DNA of 64,000 bases from NCBI GenBank assembly GCA_947589325.1, contig CANQAM010000003.1, positions 16,959 to 80,958 of the forward strand, given 5' to 3'. Source of the stretch: an uncultured Bacteroidales bacterium (lineage in GTDB: Bacteria; Bacteroidota; Bacteroidia; Bacteroidales; UBA11471). The position numbers and the translations under genes are program-made. Each line of letters starts with the position of its first letter. Position 1 is the stretch's first letter. Under the pieces are notes generated by a model. It did no database searches, was not told the origin of the DNA, and worked only from the letters and a program-made list of their open reading frames with translations. Positions 33,314 through 41,259 of the stretch are shown here, piece after piece.

Positions 33314-34586
33314 TGCGGCTCTCTCTCGTATAGAAAAAGTTTTTACGGATTTCGATAATGTTTACGTTTCTTTCTCGGGCGGGAAAGACAGTACCGTATT
33401 GTTGAACCTCTGTATCGACTATATCCGCCGGAATAAACTGAAACGCCGTTTGGGAGTTTTCCACATGGATTACGAGGTGCAATACACCGAAACGATACGT
33501 TTCGTGGAAAAAGTCTTTTCGCAAAATACCGACATTCTCGATATTTACAGAGTGTGCGTCCCGTTCAAGGTAGCTACGTGTACGTCGATGTACCAAAGTT
33601 TCTGGCGCCCGTGGGACGAAGAGCAGAAACACCTCTGGGTGCGGGAAATGCCGCGTTCTTCGTTGCAGAAAGAAGATTTCCCGTTTTTCTCCGACGATAT
33701 GTGGGACTACGATTTCCAAGTGGAATTTTCGGAGTGGATTCATCAGTATCGTCAAGCCCGGCGAACGTGTTGTCTGGTAGGAATCCGCACGCAGGAGAGT
33801 TTCAACCGGTGGCGCGCCATTCACAGCGATAAAAATTATTGTTGTTACGAACATTTGAAGTGGACGCGCAAAATTGCGGATAATGTGTATAATGCATATC
33901 CCATATACGATTGGCTTACGACCGATATATGGGTGGCGAACGGGCGCTTCGGCTGGCCGTACAATCATCTCTATGACCTCTATTATCAAGCCGGTGTGCC
34001 TATCGAGAAACAGCGGGTGGCGAGTCCGTTCATTTCGGCGGCGATACCCAGTCTGCAACTCTATCGGGTTATCGACCCGCAGACGTGGGGTCGCATGATT
34101 AATCGGGTGAACGGAGTCAATTTCGCCAATATTTACGGCGATACGCCTGCAATGGGGTGGTACACGGTGAAACTTCCGAAAGGCATGACATGGGAAAAAT
34201 ACATGCACTTCCTGCTGAGTACGCTGCCGGAAAACATACGGAACGGCTATCTCGAAAAATTGCGGGTAAGCATCGAGTTCTGGCGCACGAAAGGCGGCGT
34301 GCTTGCCGATGAAACCATCGAGAAGCTGCGGAACATGGGCATCGACATAGTGGTGGGCGAAACGACCAACTATCATACGACCAAGAAGCCGGTGCGCATG
34401 GAGTATCTCGACGATATAGATATAGAAGAATTCAGGGAGCTGCCCTCGTTCAAACGTATGTGCATCTGCATTTTGAAGAATGACCATTCGTGTAAATACA
34501 TGGGATTTTCACCCAATAAAGTAGAACGGGAACGCCGCGACCGAATTATGGAAAAATATAACAGCTATTTCAAAAAAGATGAATGA
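33276..34586 (+). CDS. PP-loop ATP pyrophosphatase of the PAPS-reductase family with long C-terminal extension (IbrA-like)
   Basis: PP-loop VYVSFSGGKDSTVLLN, 436 aa. The C-terminal ~200 aa extend beyond the reductase-like core, as in IbrA/DUF3440-type proteins. Confidence 0.8.
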   Translation: MSSPKGKRRNVYDAALSRIEKVFTDFDNVYVSFSGGKDSTVLLNLCIDYIRRNKLKRRLGVFHMDYEVQYTETIRFVEKVFSQNTDILDIYRVCVPFKVATCTSMYQSFWRPWDEEQKHLWVREMPRSSLQKEDFPFFSDDMWDYDFQVEFSEWIHQYRQARRTCCLVGIRTQESFNRWRAIHSDKNYCCYEHLKWTRKIADNVYNAYPIYDWLTTDIWVANGRFGWPYNHLYDLYYQAGVPIEKQRVASPFISAAIPSLQLYRVIDPQTWGRMINRVNGVNFANIYGDTPAMGWYTVKLPKGMTWEKYMHFLLSTLPENIRNGYLEKLRVSIEFWRTKGGVLADETIEKLRNMGIDIVVGETTNYHTTKKPVRMEYLDDIDIEEFRELPSFKRMCICILKNDHSCKYMGFSPNKVERERRDRIMEKYNSYFKKDE

Positions 34587-35094
34587 GGAAAGATATAAAA
34601 GCCCTGTATATAAAGTAATTGCTGTTCCCGTCGATAAAGTGATGGCGAATGCCTATAACCCGAATGTGGTGGCTCCGCCGGAAATGAAGCTGCTTGAAAT
34701 TTCGATTTGGGAAGACGGTTATACCATGCCCTGCGTCTGCTACTATGTCGCCGATAAAGATATGTATGAGTTGGTGGACGGGTATCACCGCTATATGGTG
34801 TTGAAAACTTCGCGCCGTATTTATGAACGGGAACACGGGCTGCTGCCCGTTGTCGTTATCGAAAAAGACCTGTCCAACCGCATGGCTTCGACGATACGCC
34901 ATAATCGTGCACGAGGTACGCACAATGTCGAACTGATGAGCGAAATCGTAGCGGAGCTTACCAAGGCGGGTATGTCCGACCGTTGGATTCAGCACCATAT
35001 CGGTATGGATAAAGATGAATTGCTGCGCCTGAAGCAGATAACCGGTCTTGCCGAACTTTTTGCCAACCAAGATTTCAGCGTCGCCGACGATTGA
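34579..35094 (+). CDS. ParB/sulfiredoxin-fold (ParB N-terminal domain) protein (IbrB-like)
   Basis: 171 aa, VDGYHRY and STIRHNRARGTH motifs typical of ParB-like nuclease/NTP-binding domains. The start overlaps the upstream stop (ATGAATGA). Confidence 0.75.
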   Translation: MNEERYKSPVYKVIAVPVDKVMANAYNPNVVAPPEMKLLEISIWEDGYTMPCVCYYVADKDMYELVDGYHRYMVLKTSRRIYEREHGLLPVVVIEKDLSNRMASTIRHNRARGTHNVELMSEIVAELTKAGMSDRWIQHHIGMDKDELLRLKQITGLAELFANQDFSVADD

Positions 35095-35127
35095 TTTTAC
35101 CGACGCCCCTGTATCGTAAAACGCCTT

Positions 35128-36009
35128 TTATCGAAGGCGCAGCACCATGCCTGCCTGCGGCGGGTTTTCTTGTGAAATATGGTTGCGGCGTATCAACACT
35201 TTTAGCTTGATGCCGTATTTCTGCGAAACATCATGTATCGATTCTCCCCGTAAAAGTGTGTGCTCGGTATTGCCTTTCAGGGCCCTGCGCCGTTTGACTT
35301 TAAGGTAAACGACATCTCCGGCGTTTAATTTGTAGCCGCGCGGAAAATCGTTGAATCGCCGCAGCTGATAACGATACTTTTCAAATTCGCGGGCAATCAG
35401 TTTCAGGTTGTCGCCTTCTCTTGCCACGACATAGGGCAATTTGCCGAGATGTTCCACATCGTGAAATTCGTAATCTTTGGGTACGCGCGGCATACCCTTG
35501 CCGTCGTAGCGGTGCAGGCCGTACAGCTCGATGGTCTGTATCAATTTGTTGGCGTATGCCTTGTCGGTAGCGTAGCCGCACTCTTTCAGTCCGCGCGCCC
35601 ACCCTTTGTAATCGGTTACGGAGAGTTTGAACAGCTTGTCGTAGCGGGGACTTCGGGTTAGAAACCGCGCATGGTCTTCATACGACTCTTTGGGATTTTT
35701 GTATTTTCGGAAACATTCGCCTTTCTCGTCGTCGTCGTGATACACGCGCTTGCCGTCCCATGAATTGTGGCATTTGATGCCGAAGTGGTTGTTCGACTTC
35801 CGTGCCAGTTCGCTCTGTCCTGCGCTCGATTCGAGAAGCCCTTGTGCCAGCGTGATGCTGGCGGGAATTTTGTATCGCCGCTGATGTTCCATGGCAACGT
35901 CCCGATAAGTGCGGATATATTCGAGATAAATGGGATTTTTTTTCTGCCCGACAATGGTTGCTGCCGTAAAAATCAGAAAGAAAAATAATAGGCGATAACG
36001 AATGGACAT
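35128..36009 (-). CDS. Glucosaminidase (mannosyl-glycoprotein endo-beta-N-acetylglucosaminidase) domain protein with two LysM domains
   Basis: Signal/TM anchor, ITLAQGLLESSAGQSELARKSNNHFGIK (GH73-type), two C-terminal LysM repeats (YVVAREGDNLKLIA..., HTLLRGESIHDVSQKYGI...). Start trimmed to MSIRYRLLFF. Confidence 0.82.
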   Translation of the reverse strand: MSIRYRLLFFFLIFTAATIVGQKKNPIYLEYIRTYRDVAMEHQRRYKIPASITLAQGLLESSAGQSELARKSNNHFGIKCHNSWDGKRVYHDDDEKGECFRKYKNPKESYEDHARFLTRSPRYDKLFKLSVTDYKGWARGLKECGYATDKAYANKLIQTIELYGLHRYDGKGMPRVPKDYEFHDVEHLGKLPYVVAREGDNLKLIAREFEKYRYQLRRFNDFPRGYKLNAGDVVYLKVKRRRALKGNTEHTLLRGESIHDVSQKYGIKLKVLIRRNHISQENPPQAGMVLRLR

Positions 36010-36044
36010 AACCTGTAAGTGTTGGAATTTTCCGAAAGAATCGT

Positions 36045-36052
36045 TATATTTG
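36045..36052 (+). promoter_or_regulatory. -7 promoter motif TATATTTG upstream of cdd
   Basis: Exact TAnnTTTG match 22 nt upstream of ATG 36074. Confidence 0.45.
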
Positions 36053-36073
36053 TCGTATAAAAACAGCTGCGAT

Positions 36074-36541
36074 ATGGAATACATGCAACTCTCTGCAAAG
36101 ATAACGGTTTGTCGGTATAACGAGCTATCTTCGGACGAAAAAATTTTGGTCGATGAGGCGCGTGCCGCTTTGCTGACGGCTTATGCTCCGTATTCCCGAT
36201 TCAGGGTAGGGGCGGCGGTGCGGCTTGCCGACGGCCGCATCGTGCGGGGCAGCAATCAGGAGAATGCCTCGTTTCCGGCCGGTTTGTGTGCCGAGCGCAC
36301 AGCTCTTTTTTCTGCCGGTACGCTGGCTCCCGATGTACCGGTCGAAGCCATTGCCCTTGCTGCCGACGCCAACGGTGTGCCGACATTTGCCCCCATTACG
36401 CCTTGCGGCATCTGCCGGCAGGTCATGCTCGAAACGGAGAATCGCGATGAAAAGCCGCTGCGTATACTCATGTGCGGGCGCGATGAAGTGTATATCGCCT
36501 CCTCTGTCCGCGATTTGCTGCCGTTGGCTTTCTCGCTCTGA
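36074..36541 (+). CDS. cdd: Cytidine deaminase
   Basis: Zinc-binding motifs CAERTALF and PCGICRQVMLE. The start is ATG 36074 or 36083. Confidence 0.88.
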   Translation: MEYMQLSAKITVCRYNELSSDEKILVDEARAALLTAYAPYSRFRVGAAVRLADGRIVRGSNQENASFPAGLCAERTALFSAGTLAPDVPVEAIALAADANGVPTFAPITPCGICRQVMLETENRDEKPLRILMCGRDEVYIASSVRDLLPLAFSL

Positions 36542-36580
36542 AAAATAAAACTTCTTGACGAAGAAGACGAATCTATTTCG

Positions 36581-36588
36581 TATCTTTG
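36581..36588 (+). promoter_or_regulatory. -7 promoter motif TATCTTTG upstream of dnaX
   Basis: Exact TAnnTTTG match 22 nt upstream of ATG 36610. Confidence 0.45.
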
Positions 36589-36609
36589 TCTTTTCGATAA
36601 TTCGGCTTT

Positions 36610-38388
36610 ATGGACAATTATATCGTATCGGCTCGGAAATACCGCCCGACGACTTTTCAGTCTGTCGTGGGGCAGAAAGCTCTTGTGCAAACGCTCAAAG
36701 CGGCGATAGCCACCCGCAAGCTGGCGCACGCCTACTTATTTTGCGGAACGCGGGGTGTGGGAAAGACCACCTGCGCCCGCATTTTTGCCAAGACCATTAA
36801 TTGCATGCACCCGACGCCCGACGGCGAGGCTTGCAACGAATGCGAGTCGTGCCGCGCTTTCAACGAACAGCGTTCGTTGAATATCATGGAGCTCGATGCC
36901 GCCTCCAACAATTCGGTCGAGGATATACGCCAGCTTATCGACAAGGTGCGCGTGCCGCCGCAGTTGGGGCAGTACAAGGTCTATATCATCGACGAGGTGC
37001 ACATGCTTTCGTCGGCGGCGTTCAACGCTTTTCTGAAAACGCTCGAAGAACCGCCGCATCATGCCATATTCATTTTGGCGACGACCGAAAAACACAAGCT
37101 CTTGCCGACGATTTTGTCGCGCTGCCAGATATACGACTTCCAGCGCATCACGATAAGCGATATTGCCGACCATCTGCGCTACGTGGCAGGGCAGGAGGGC
37201 TATGCCGCCGAAGAAGAGGCGTTGAACGTCATCGCCCAAAAAGCCGACGGCGGTATGCGCGATGCCCTGTCGATATTCGACCAGATAGCCGCCTCGTCGG
37301 GCGGAAACATCACTTATCGGGCGACAATCGAGAATCTGAACATGCTCGATTACGATTACTACTTCCGCCTGACCGATGCTTTTCTGGCAGGCGACGTGCC
37401 GACGGCGCTGCTGGTATTCGATGAGGTGTTGCGGGCAGGGTTTGCCGCGCAGCTGTTTGTCAATGGGTTGAGCAGTCATTTCCGCGACCTGATGGTATGT
37501 CGCGATGCCGCCACGCGCCCGTTGCTCGAAGTGGGGGCGTCCATTGCCGAGCGGTATGCCGCGCAGGCGGCGGCTTGCAGCAATGTCTTCCTGTACAGGG
37601 CAATGGAGTTGAGCAACCGTTGCGACCTCGATTATCGTATCAGCAACAACAAACGCCTGCTGGTGGAGTTGATGTTGATAAAAATATGCCAGCTCTCCGT
37701 GCCGCAGACGCCTGCCGAACAGCCGGCGCCGGCTATACGACAGGTGCAAGCTGCACCGGCCCCGACTCCTCAAAACGGGACGTCATCGCCGGCTCCCGCT
37801 CCGAAAAACGAGGCACCGGCTCCGACGGCACCTTCCGCTCCGCAGCCTACCGCCCGACCGGCTTCGACACCGGCTGCATCGCCCGCATCGGCTATTCCTC
37901 CGGCACGTCCTGTACCGCCGACGACGCAGGCCGTCCGCGAAAAACGGGTGCCGCCCACCATTTCCATAAAATATCGCGCTTCCGAAGCGGCTCCCGCTGT
38001 GGCGGCAGAGCCGGAAGCCGATATGAACGAGCCTTTTACCGCCGACGATTTGGAAAAGGCATGGCTGGCTTTTGCCGATACGATTCCGACCGAAACGGTA
38101 TTGCTGCAAACCATGCGAACCTGCCGTCCGCAACCGGAGTCGGCGACCGCTTTCACCATCGTGGTCGATAATCGGGGACAGCTTGAAAAACTGAACGGAC
38201 GGGCTGCCGACATTCTGCACTTCTTGAAAAAGACGCTGCGAAACACCCGCATCGAAATGCACGTGCGCGAAAGCGAGCAGCAGGAGCGACGCAAGGTAAA
38301 CAGCCCGACGGAACTGTATGCTTCGATGCTCGAAAAAAATCCCGACCTCGACCTGTTGCGCGATTCTTTCGGCTTGGAGTTGGCGTAA
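36610..38388 (+). CDS. dnaX: DNA polymerase III subunit gamma/tau
   Basis: Walker A GTRGVGKTT, zinc module CNECESCRAF, Walker B IIDEVHMLS, SRC motif, Pro/Ala-rich linker, 592 aa. Confidence 0.93.
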   Translation: MDNYIVSARKYRPTTFQSVVGQKALVQTLKAAIATRKLAHAYLFCGTRGVGKTTCARIFAKTINCMHPTPDGEACNECESCRAFNEQRSLNIMELDAASNNSVEDIRQLIDKVRVPPQLGQYKVYIIDEVHMLSSAAFNAFLKTLEEPPHHAIFILATTEKHKLLPTILSRCQIYDFQRITISDIADHLRYVAGQEGYAAEEEALNVIAQKADGGMRDALSIFDQIAASSGGNITYRATIENLNMLDYDYYFRLTDAFLAGDVPTALLVFDEVLRAGFAAQLFVNGLSSHFRDLMVCRDAATRPLLEVGASIAERYAAQAAACSNVFLYRAMELSNRCDLDYRISNNKRLLVELMLIKICQLSVPQTPAEQPAPAIRQVQAAPAPTPQNGTSSPAPAPKNEAPAPTAPSAPQPTARPASTPAASPASAIPPARPVPPTTQAVREKRVPPTISIKYRASEAAPAVAAEPEADMNEPFTADDLEKAWLAFADTIPTETVLLQTMRTCRPQPESATAFTIVVDNRGQLEKLNGRAADILHFLKKTLRNTRIEMHVRESEQQERRKVNSPTELYASMLEKNPDLDLLRDSFGLELA

Positions 38389-38411
38389 CCGTTTATTTCC
38401 TCAGATAAAAT

Positions 38412-38441
38412 GTGCCCCGCTATCGAGCGATAGCGGGGCAC
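38412..38441. terminator. Bidirectional terminator hairpin between dnaX and the GH3 gene
   Basis: gtgccccgctatcg/cgatagcggggcac inverted repeat, with a T-run following on the plus strand. Confidence 0.7.
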
Positions 38442-38463
38442 GGTATTTTTTTCGGACTCCGGC

Positions 38464-41058
38464 CTATTTCACGGTAACGGTGAACGACTTTAAGGCTTTT
38501 TCGTCGGAAGTGCCGCCGTACAGGATTTCATATTTGCCCGGCTTGCCCCACACGGTATTGCTTTGCGGGTCGAAGAAATCGAACGTGGAAGCCCGCAGCG
38601 GGAGGGCGATTTTCTTCGTTTCGCCTGCTTTCAGGTGCACGCGCTTGAATGCCCGCAGCGATTTCACCGGCCCTTCGGCATCTTGCAGGTTGCGCACATA
38701 CACCTGTATCACTTCGTCGCCGTCGCGTTCGCCGCTGTTGGTGAGCGTAACATTCAAAATATTCTCCTTGCCGGCTTTGGGCTTGCGGACTAACGCGGCT
38801 TTTTTATAGGTAAAATCGGTGTAGCTCAGACCGTGCCCGAAGACGAACAGCGGTTCTTCCGTCATGTAGCGATAGGTGCGACCCTTCATGCTGTAATCTT
38901 GAAAGTCGGGCAGCTGCGCCGTATTTTTGTAGAAAGTAACCGGCAGACGTCCGGCTGGATTGTAGTCGCCGAAAAGCACGTCGGCAACGGCGGTGCCGCC
39001 CGCCTGCCCCGGATACCATGCCTGCAATACGGCATCGACGCAGGGCAGTTCGCGTTCCAGCCCGATGGCGCTGCCCGAACAGAGTACGAGCACGACTTTC
39101 TTGCCTGCCTCTTTCAGCGCCTTAATGACGTCGGTCTGCACCTGCGGCAGCTCTATCGCCGTGCGGTCGCCGCCGCGGAATCCCGGATAATCGACACGCA
39201 TCTCCTCGCCTTCGAGACGCGGCGTGATGCCGCCCACGAATACCACGATGTCTTCATCGATGCTGCGTGCCAGCGCGGCGGCATCGACTTCTTCGAAACG
39301 ACCGATGTCGAATCGCAGGTTTCCGTCGCCCGTTCCCTGTACATACTCTATCCGTATCGCATAGCTTTCGCCTTTGCGGGCGTTGAGCTTGTGCCCTTTG
39401 TTGGTGCGTGCCTCCGATTTGTGCCATACGTCGGCTATTGTGTCGTCGTCGATGATGAGGCGGTAGCCGTCGTCGCCGGAGAGCATGAAGTAATATTCGC
39501 CGTCGGCGTCGGGCCGGAAAGTCGCTGTGTAACGGGCGGAGAAGTTTTGCAGAGCCACTCCCTGCGCGAATCCGTCGGCGCCCCCGATGTCGAAATTGAA
39601 CGGCAGGGCGGCGTGCGTGTGTGCCGCCGGTTCGCCCGTCATGTCGGTGTTGTTCCAGTACACGGCGTCAAAACCTTTCAGCCCCTGCGCGGTGCAGCGG
39701 TCGAACACACTGTTGAAGATTTTTCGCTCCACCCAGTCGCATCCTTTCATGTACGACACGCGGCTGTCTTTCTTACGTATGGCGTCGAGCACGGTTTCCG
39801 TGTGCGAAGGAAAGCCGTTGTAGTTGCCCCACATCATGGCGGAGTCGGTGGCGTTGGGGCCGACGACGGCGATGCGGCTCTCTTTGGAGAGAGGAAGCAG
39901 GTCGTTTTTGTTGTAAAGCAGCGTCATGCTCTTTCGCGCCATTTCGAGGGCGAATGCGCGGTGCGCGTCACAATCGACCACCGAGTAGGGTATGCGCGAC
40001 CACTCCACGAGAGTGTCGGGGTCCATCATGCCCAGTTCGAAGCGCGCTTTCAGCAGGCGGCGCACCGAAACGTCGATTTGCGATTCGCTTATCAATCCCT
40101 GTTTCACTGCTGCCACTAATGACGAATAGTTGGAGCCGCACTCCACGTCGGTGCCGCTCAACACGGCATCTGCCGATGCAGCCTCAGCCGTCGGGTGTGT
40201 TTCGTGGTGTCCGGGTTTGAAGAAGTCGGTAATCGCGCTGCAATCCGAAACCACCATGCCGCCGTAGCCCCACTGGTCGCGCAGAATCTGTATCAGCAGC
40301 CGTTTGCTGCCGCAGCAAGGCTCGCCCTCGTAGCGGTTGTAGGCGCACATCACCTCTTTCACGTCCGCCTCCTGCACCAGCTCTTTGAATGCCGGCAGAT
40401 AGGTTTCCCACAAGTCGCGCGGCGCAATGTTTTCGGCGTTGAACGAGTGGCGGTTCCACTCCGGACCGCTATGCACGGCGAAGTGCTTGGCGCAGGCATG
40501 CAGCTTGTCGTAGCGGGCGGTCGTGTCGCCTTGCAGCCCGAGCACTACCGCCACGCCCATGCGCCCCGTCAGGTAGGGGTCTTCGCCGTAAGTTTCCTGT
40601 CCGCGTCCCCAACGCGGGTCGCGGAATATGTTGATGTTGGGTGTCCAGAATGTCAAACCCTGATAGCGCAGACCGCCCTGTTTTCGCTTGAAGTCGTGAT
40701 GTTTGGCGCGCGCCTCCGTCGATACGATGTCGAAAGCCGTATATACTGCCTCGTCGTCGAACGTTGCCGCCATGCCTATCGTTTGCGGAAACACGGTCGC
40801 CAATCCTGCCCGACCTACGCCGTGCAGCGCCTCGCTCCACCAGTCGTAGGCGGGTATTCCCAACCGTTCGACGGCAGCCGAACCGTTTTTCATCAATGAC
40901 ACTTTTTCTTTTAGGGTAAGCCGCTGCAACAAATCTTCGGCACGCTCCTCCGGCGAGAGAGCCGCATTTTGGTATGGAAGCTGCTCCTGTGCCGACAGCA
41001 TGGCAGCGCCGCACAGACACGCAGCAGCCAGATAAAATTTTTTCAGATGCTGTTTCAT
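38464..41058 (-). CDS. bglX: GH3 beta-glucosidase (BglX-like) with PA14 domain insertion
   Basis: Signal peptide, GH3 motifs (WGRGQETYGEDP, KHFAVHSGPE, GGMVVSDCSAI), PA14-like segment (YTATFRPDADGEYYFMLSGDDGYRLIIDD). Start trimmed to MKQHLKKFYLAAA. Confidence 0.9.
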   Translation of the reverse strand: MKQHLKKFYLAAACLCGAAMLSAQEQLPYQNAALSPEERAEDLLQRLTLKEKVSLMKNGSAAVERLGIPAYDWWSEALHGVGRAGLATVFPQTIGMAATFDDEAVYTAFDIVSTEARAKHHDFKRKQGGLRYQGLTFWTPNINIFRDPRWGRGQETYGEDPYLTGRMGVAVVLGLQGDTTARYDKLHACAKHFAVHSGPEWNRHSFNAENIAPRDLWETYLPAFKELVQEADVKEVMCAYNRYEGEPCCGSKRLLIQILRDQWGYGGMVVSDCSAITDFFKPGHHETHPTAEAASADAVLSGTDVECGSNYSSLVAAVKQGLISESQIDVSVRRLLKARFELGMMDPDTLVEWSRIPYSVVDCDAHRAFALEMARKSMTLLYNKNDLLPLSKESRIAVVGPNATDSAMMWGNYNGFPSHTETVLDAIRKKDSRVSYMKGCDWVERKIFNSVFDRCTAQGLKGFDAVYWNNTDMTGEPAAHTHAALPFNFDIGGADGFAQGVALQNFSARYTATFRPDADGEYYFMLSGDDGYRLIIDDDTIADVWHKSEARTNKGHKLNARKGESYAIRIEYVQGTGDGNLRFDIGRFEEVDAAALARSIDEDIVVFVGGITPRLEGEEMRVDYPGFRGGDRTAIELPQVQTDVIKALKEAGKKVVLVLCSGSAIGLERELPCVDAVLQAWYPGQAGGTAVADVLFGDYNPAGRLPVTFYKNTAQLPDFQDYSMKGRTYRYMTEEPLFVFGHGLSYTDFTYKKAALVRKPKAGKENILNVTLTNSGERDGDEVIQVYVRNLQDAEGPVKSLRAFKRVHLKAGETKKIALPLRASTFDFFDPQSNTVWGKPGKYEILYGGTSDEKALKSFTVTVK

Positions 41059-41075
41059 GGTATATTCAATTTTTG

Positions 41076-41083
41076 CAAATATA
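41076..41083 (-). promoter_or_regulatory. -7 promoter motif (TATATTTG on minus strand) upstream of the GH3 gene
   Basis: Plus-strand caaatata, 18 nt upstream of ATG 41058. Confidence 0.45.
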
Positions 41084-41210
41084 AAAGATTTTATGTTACA
41101 GAAAAAGGCTGTACAAAATTTATTTGCCTGCTGTAATACTGAAAGATTCCAATTATTTTCTGATTTTGCACTTGTCGGTAGAATAGCGGAGTGGCAAAAA
41201 TGTTTTAATG

Positions 41211-41245
41211 AAAAAAAATGAGGAATTAATAGATTTATCAATTCC
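41211..41245 (-). terminator. Rho-independent terminator after the GH63-like gene (minus strand)
   Basis: ggaattaat-agattt-atcaattcc hairpin (one mismatch), followed on the minus strand by an 8-nt T-run (plus-strand aaaaaaaa 41211-41218). Confidence 0.6.
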
Positions 41246-41259
41246 CCATTTTCCATTTT

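Noticed and set aside
36610-38388. Programmed -1 frameshift site in dnaX (tau/gamma)
   Set aside because: I scanned the gene for an A-AAA-AAG type slippery heptamer and found none. The only long A-run (38333-38339) is at the extreme 3' end. No claim is made.
36736-38441. Several long alternative-frame and antisense ORFs inside dnaX (36736-37773 minus, 37497-38171 plus, 37770-38441 minus, and others)
   Set aside because: They arise from the GC- and Pro/Ala-rich linker region of dnaX. Their Arg/Gly/Ser-rich translations have no motifs.
41059-41256. 5' extension of the GH3 ORF (MENGELINLL...)
   Set aside because: It runs through an AT-rich intergenic region containing the gene's own promoter motif and the upstream terminator. 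The real start is the Met followed by a signal peptide.
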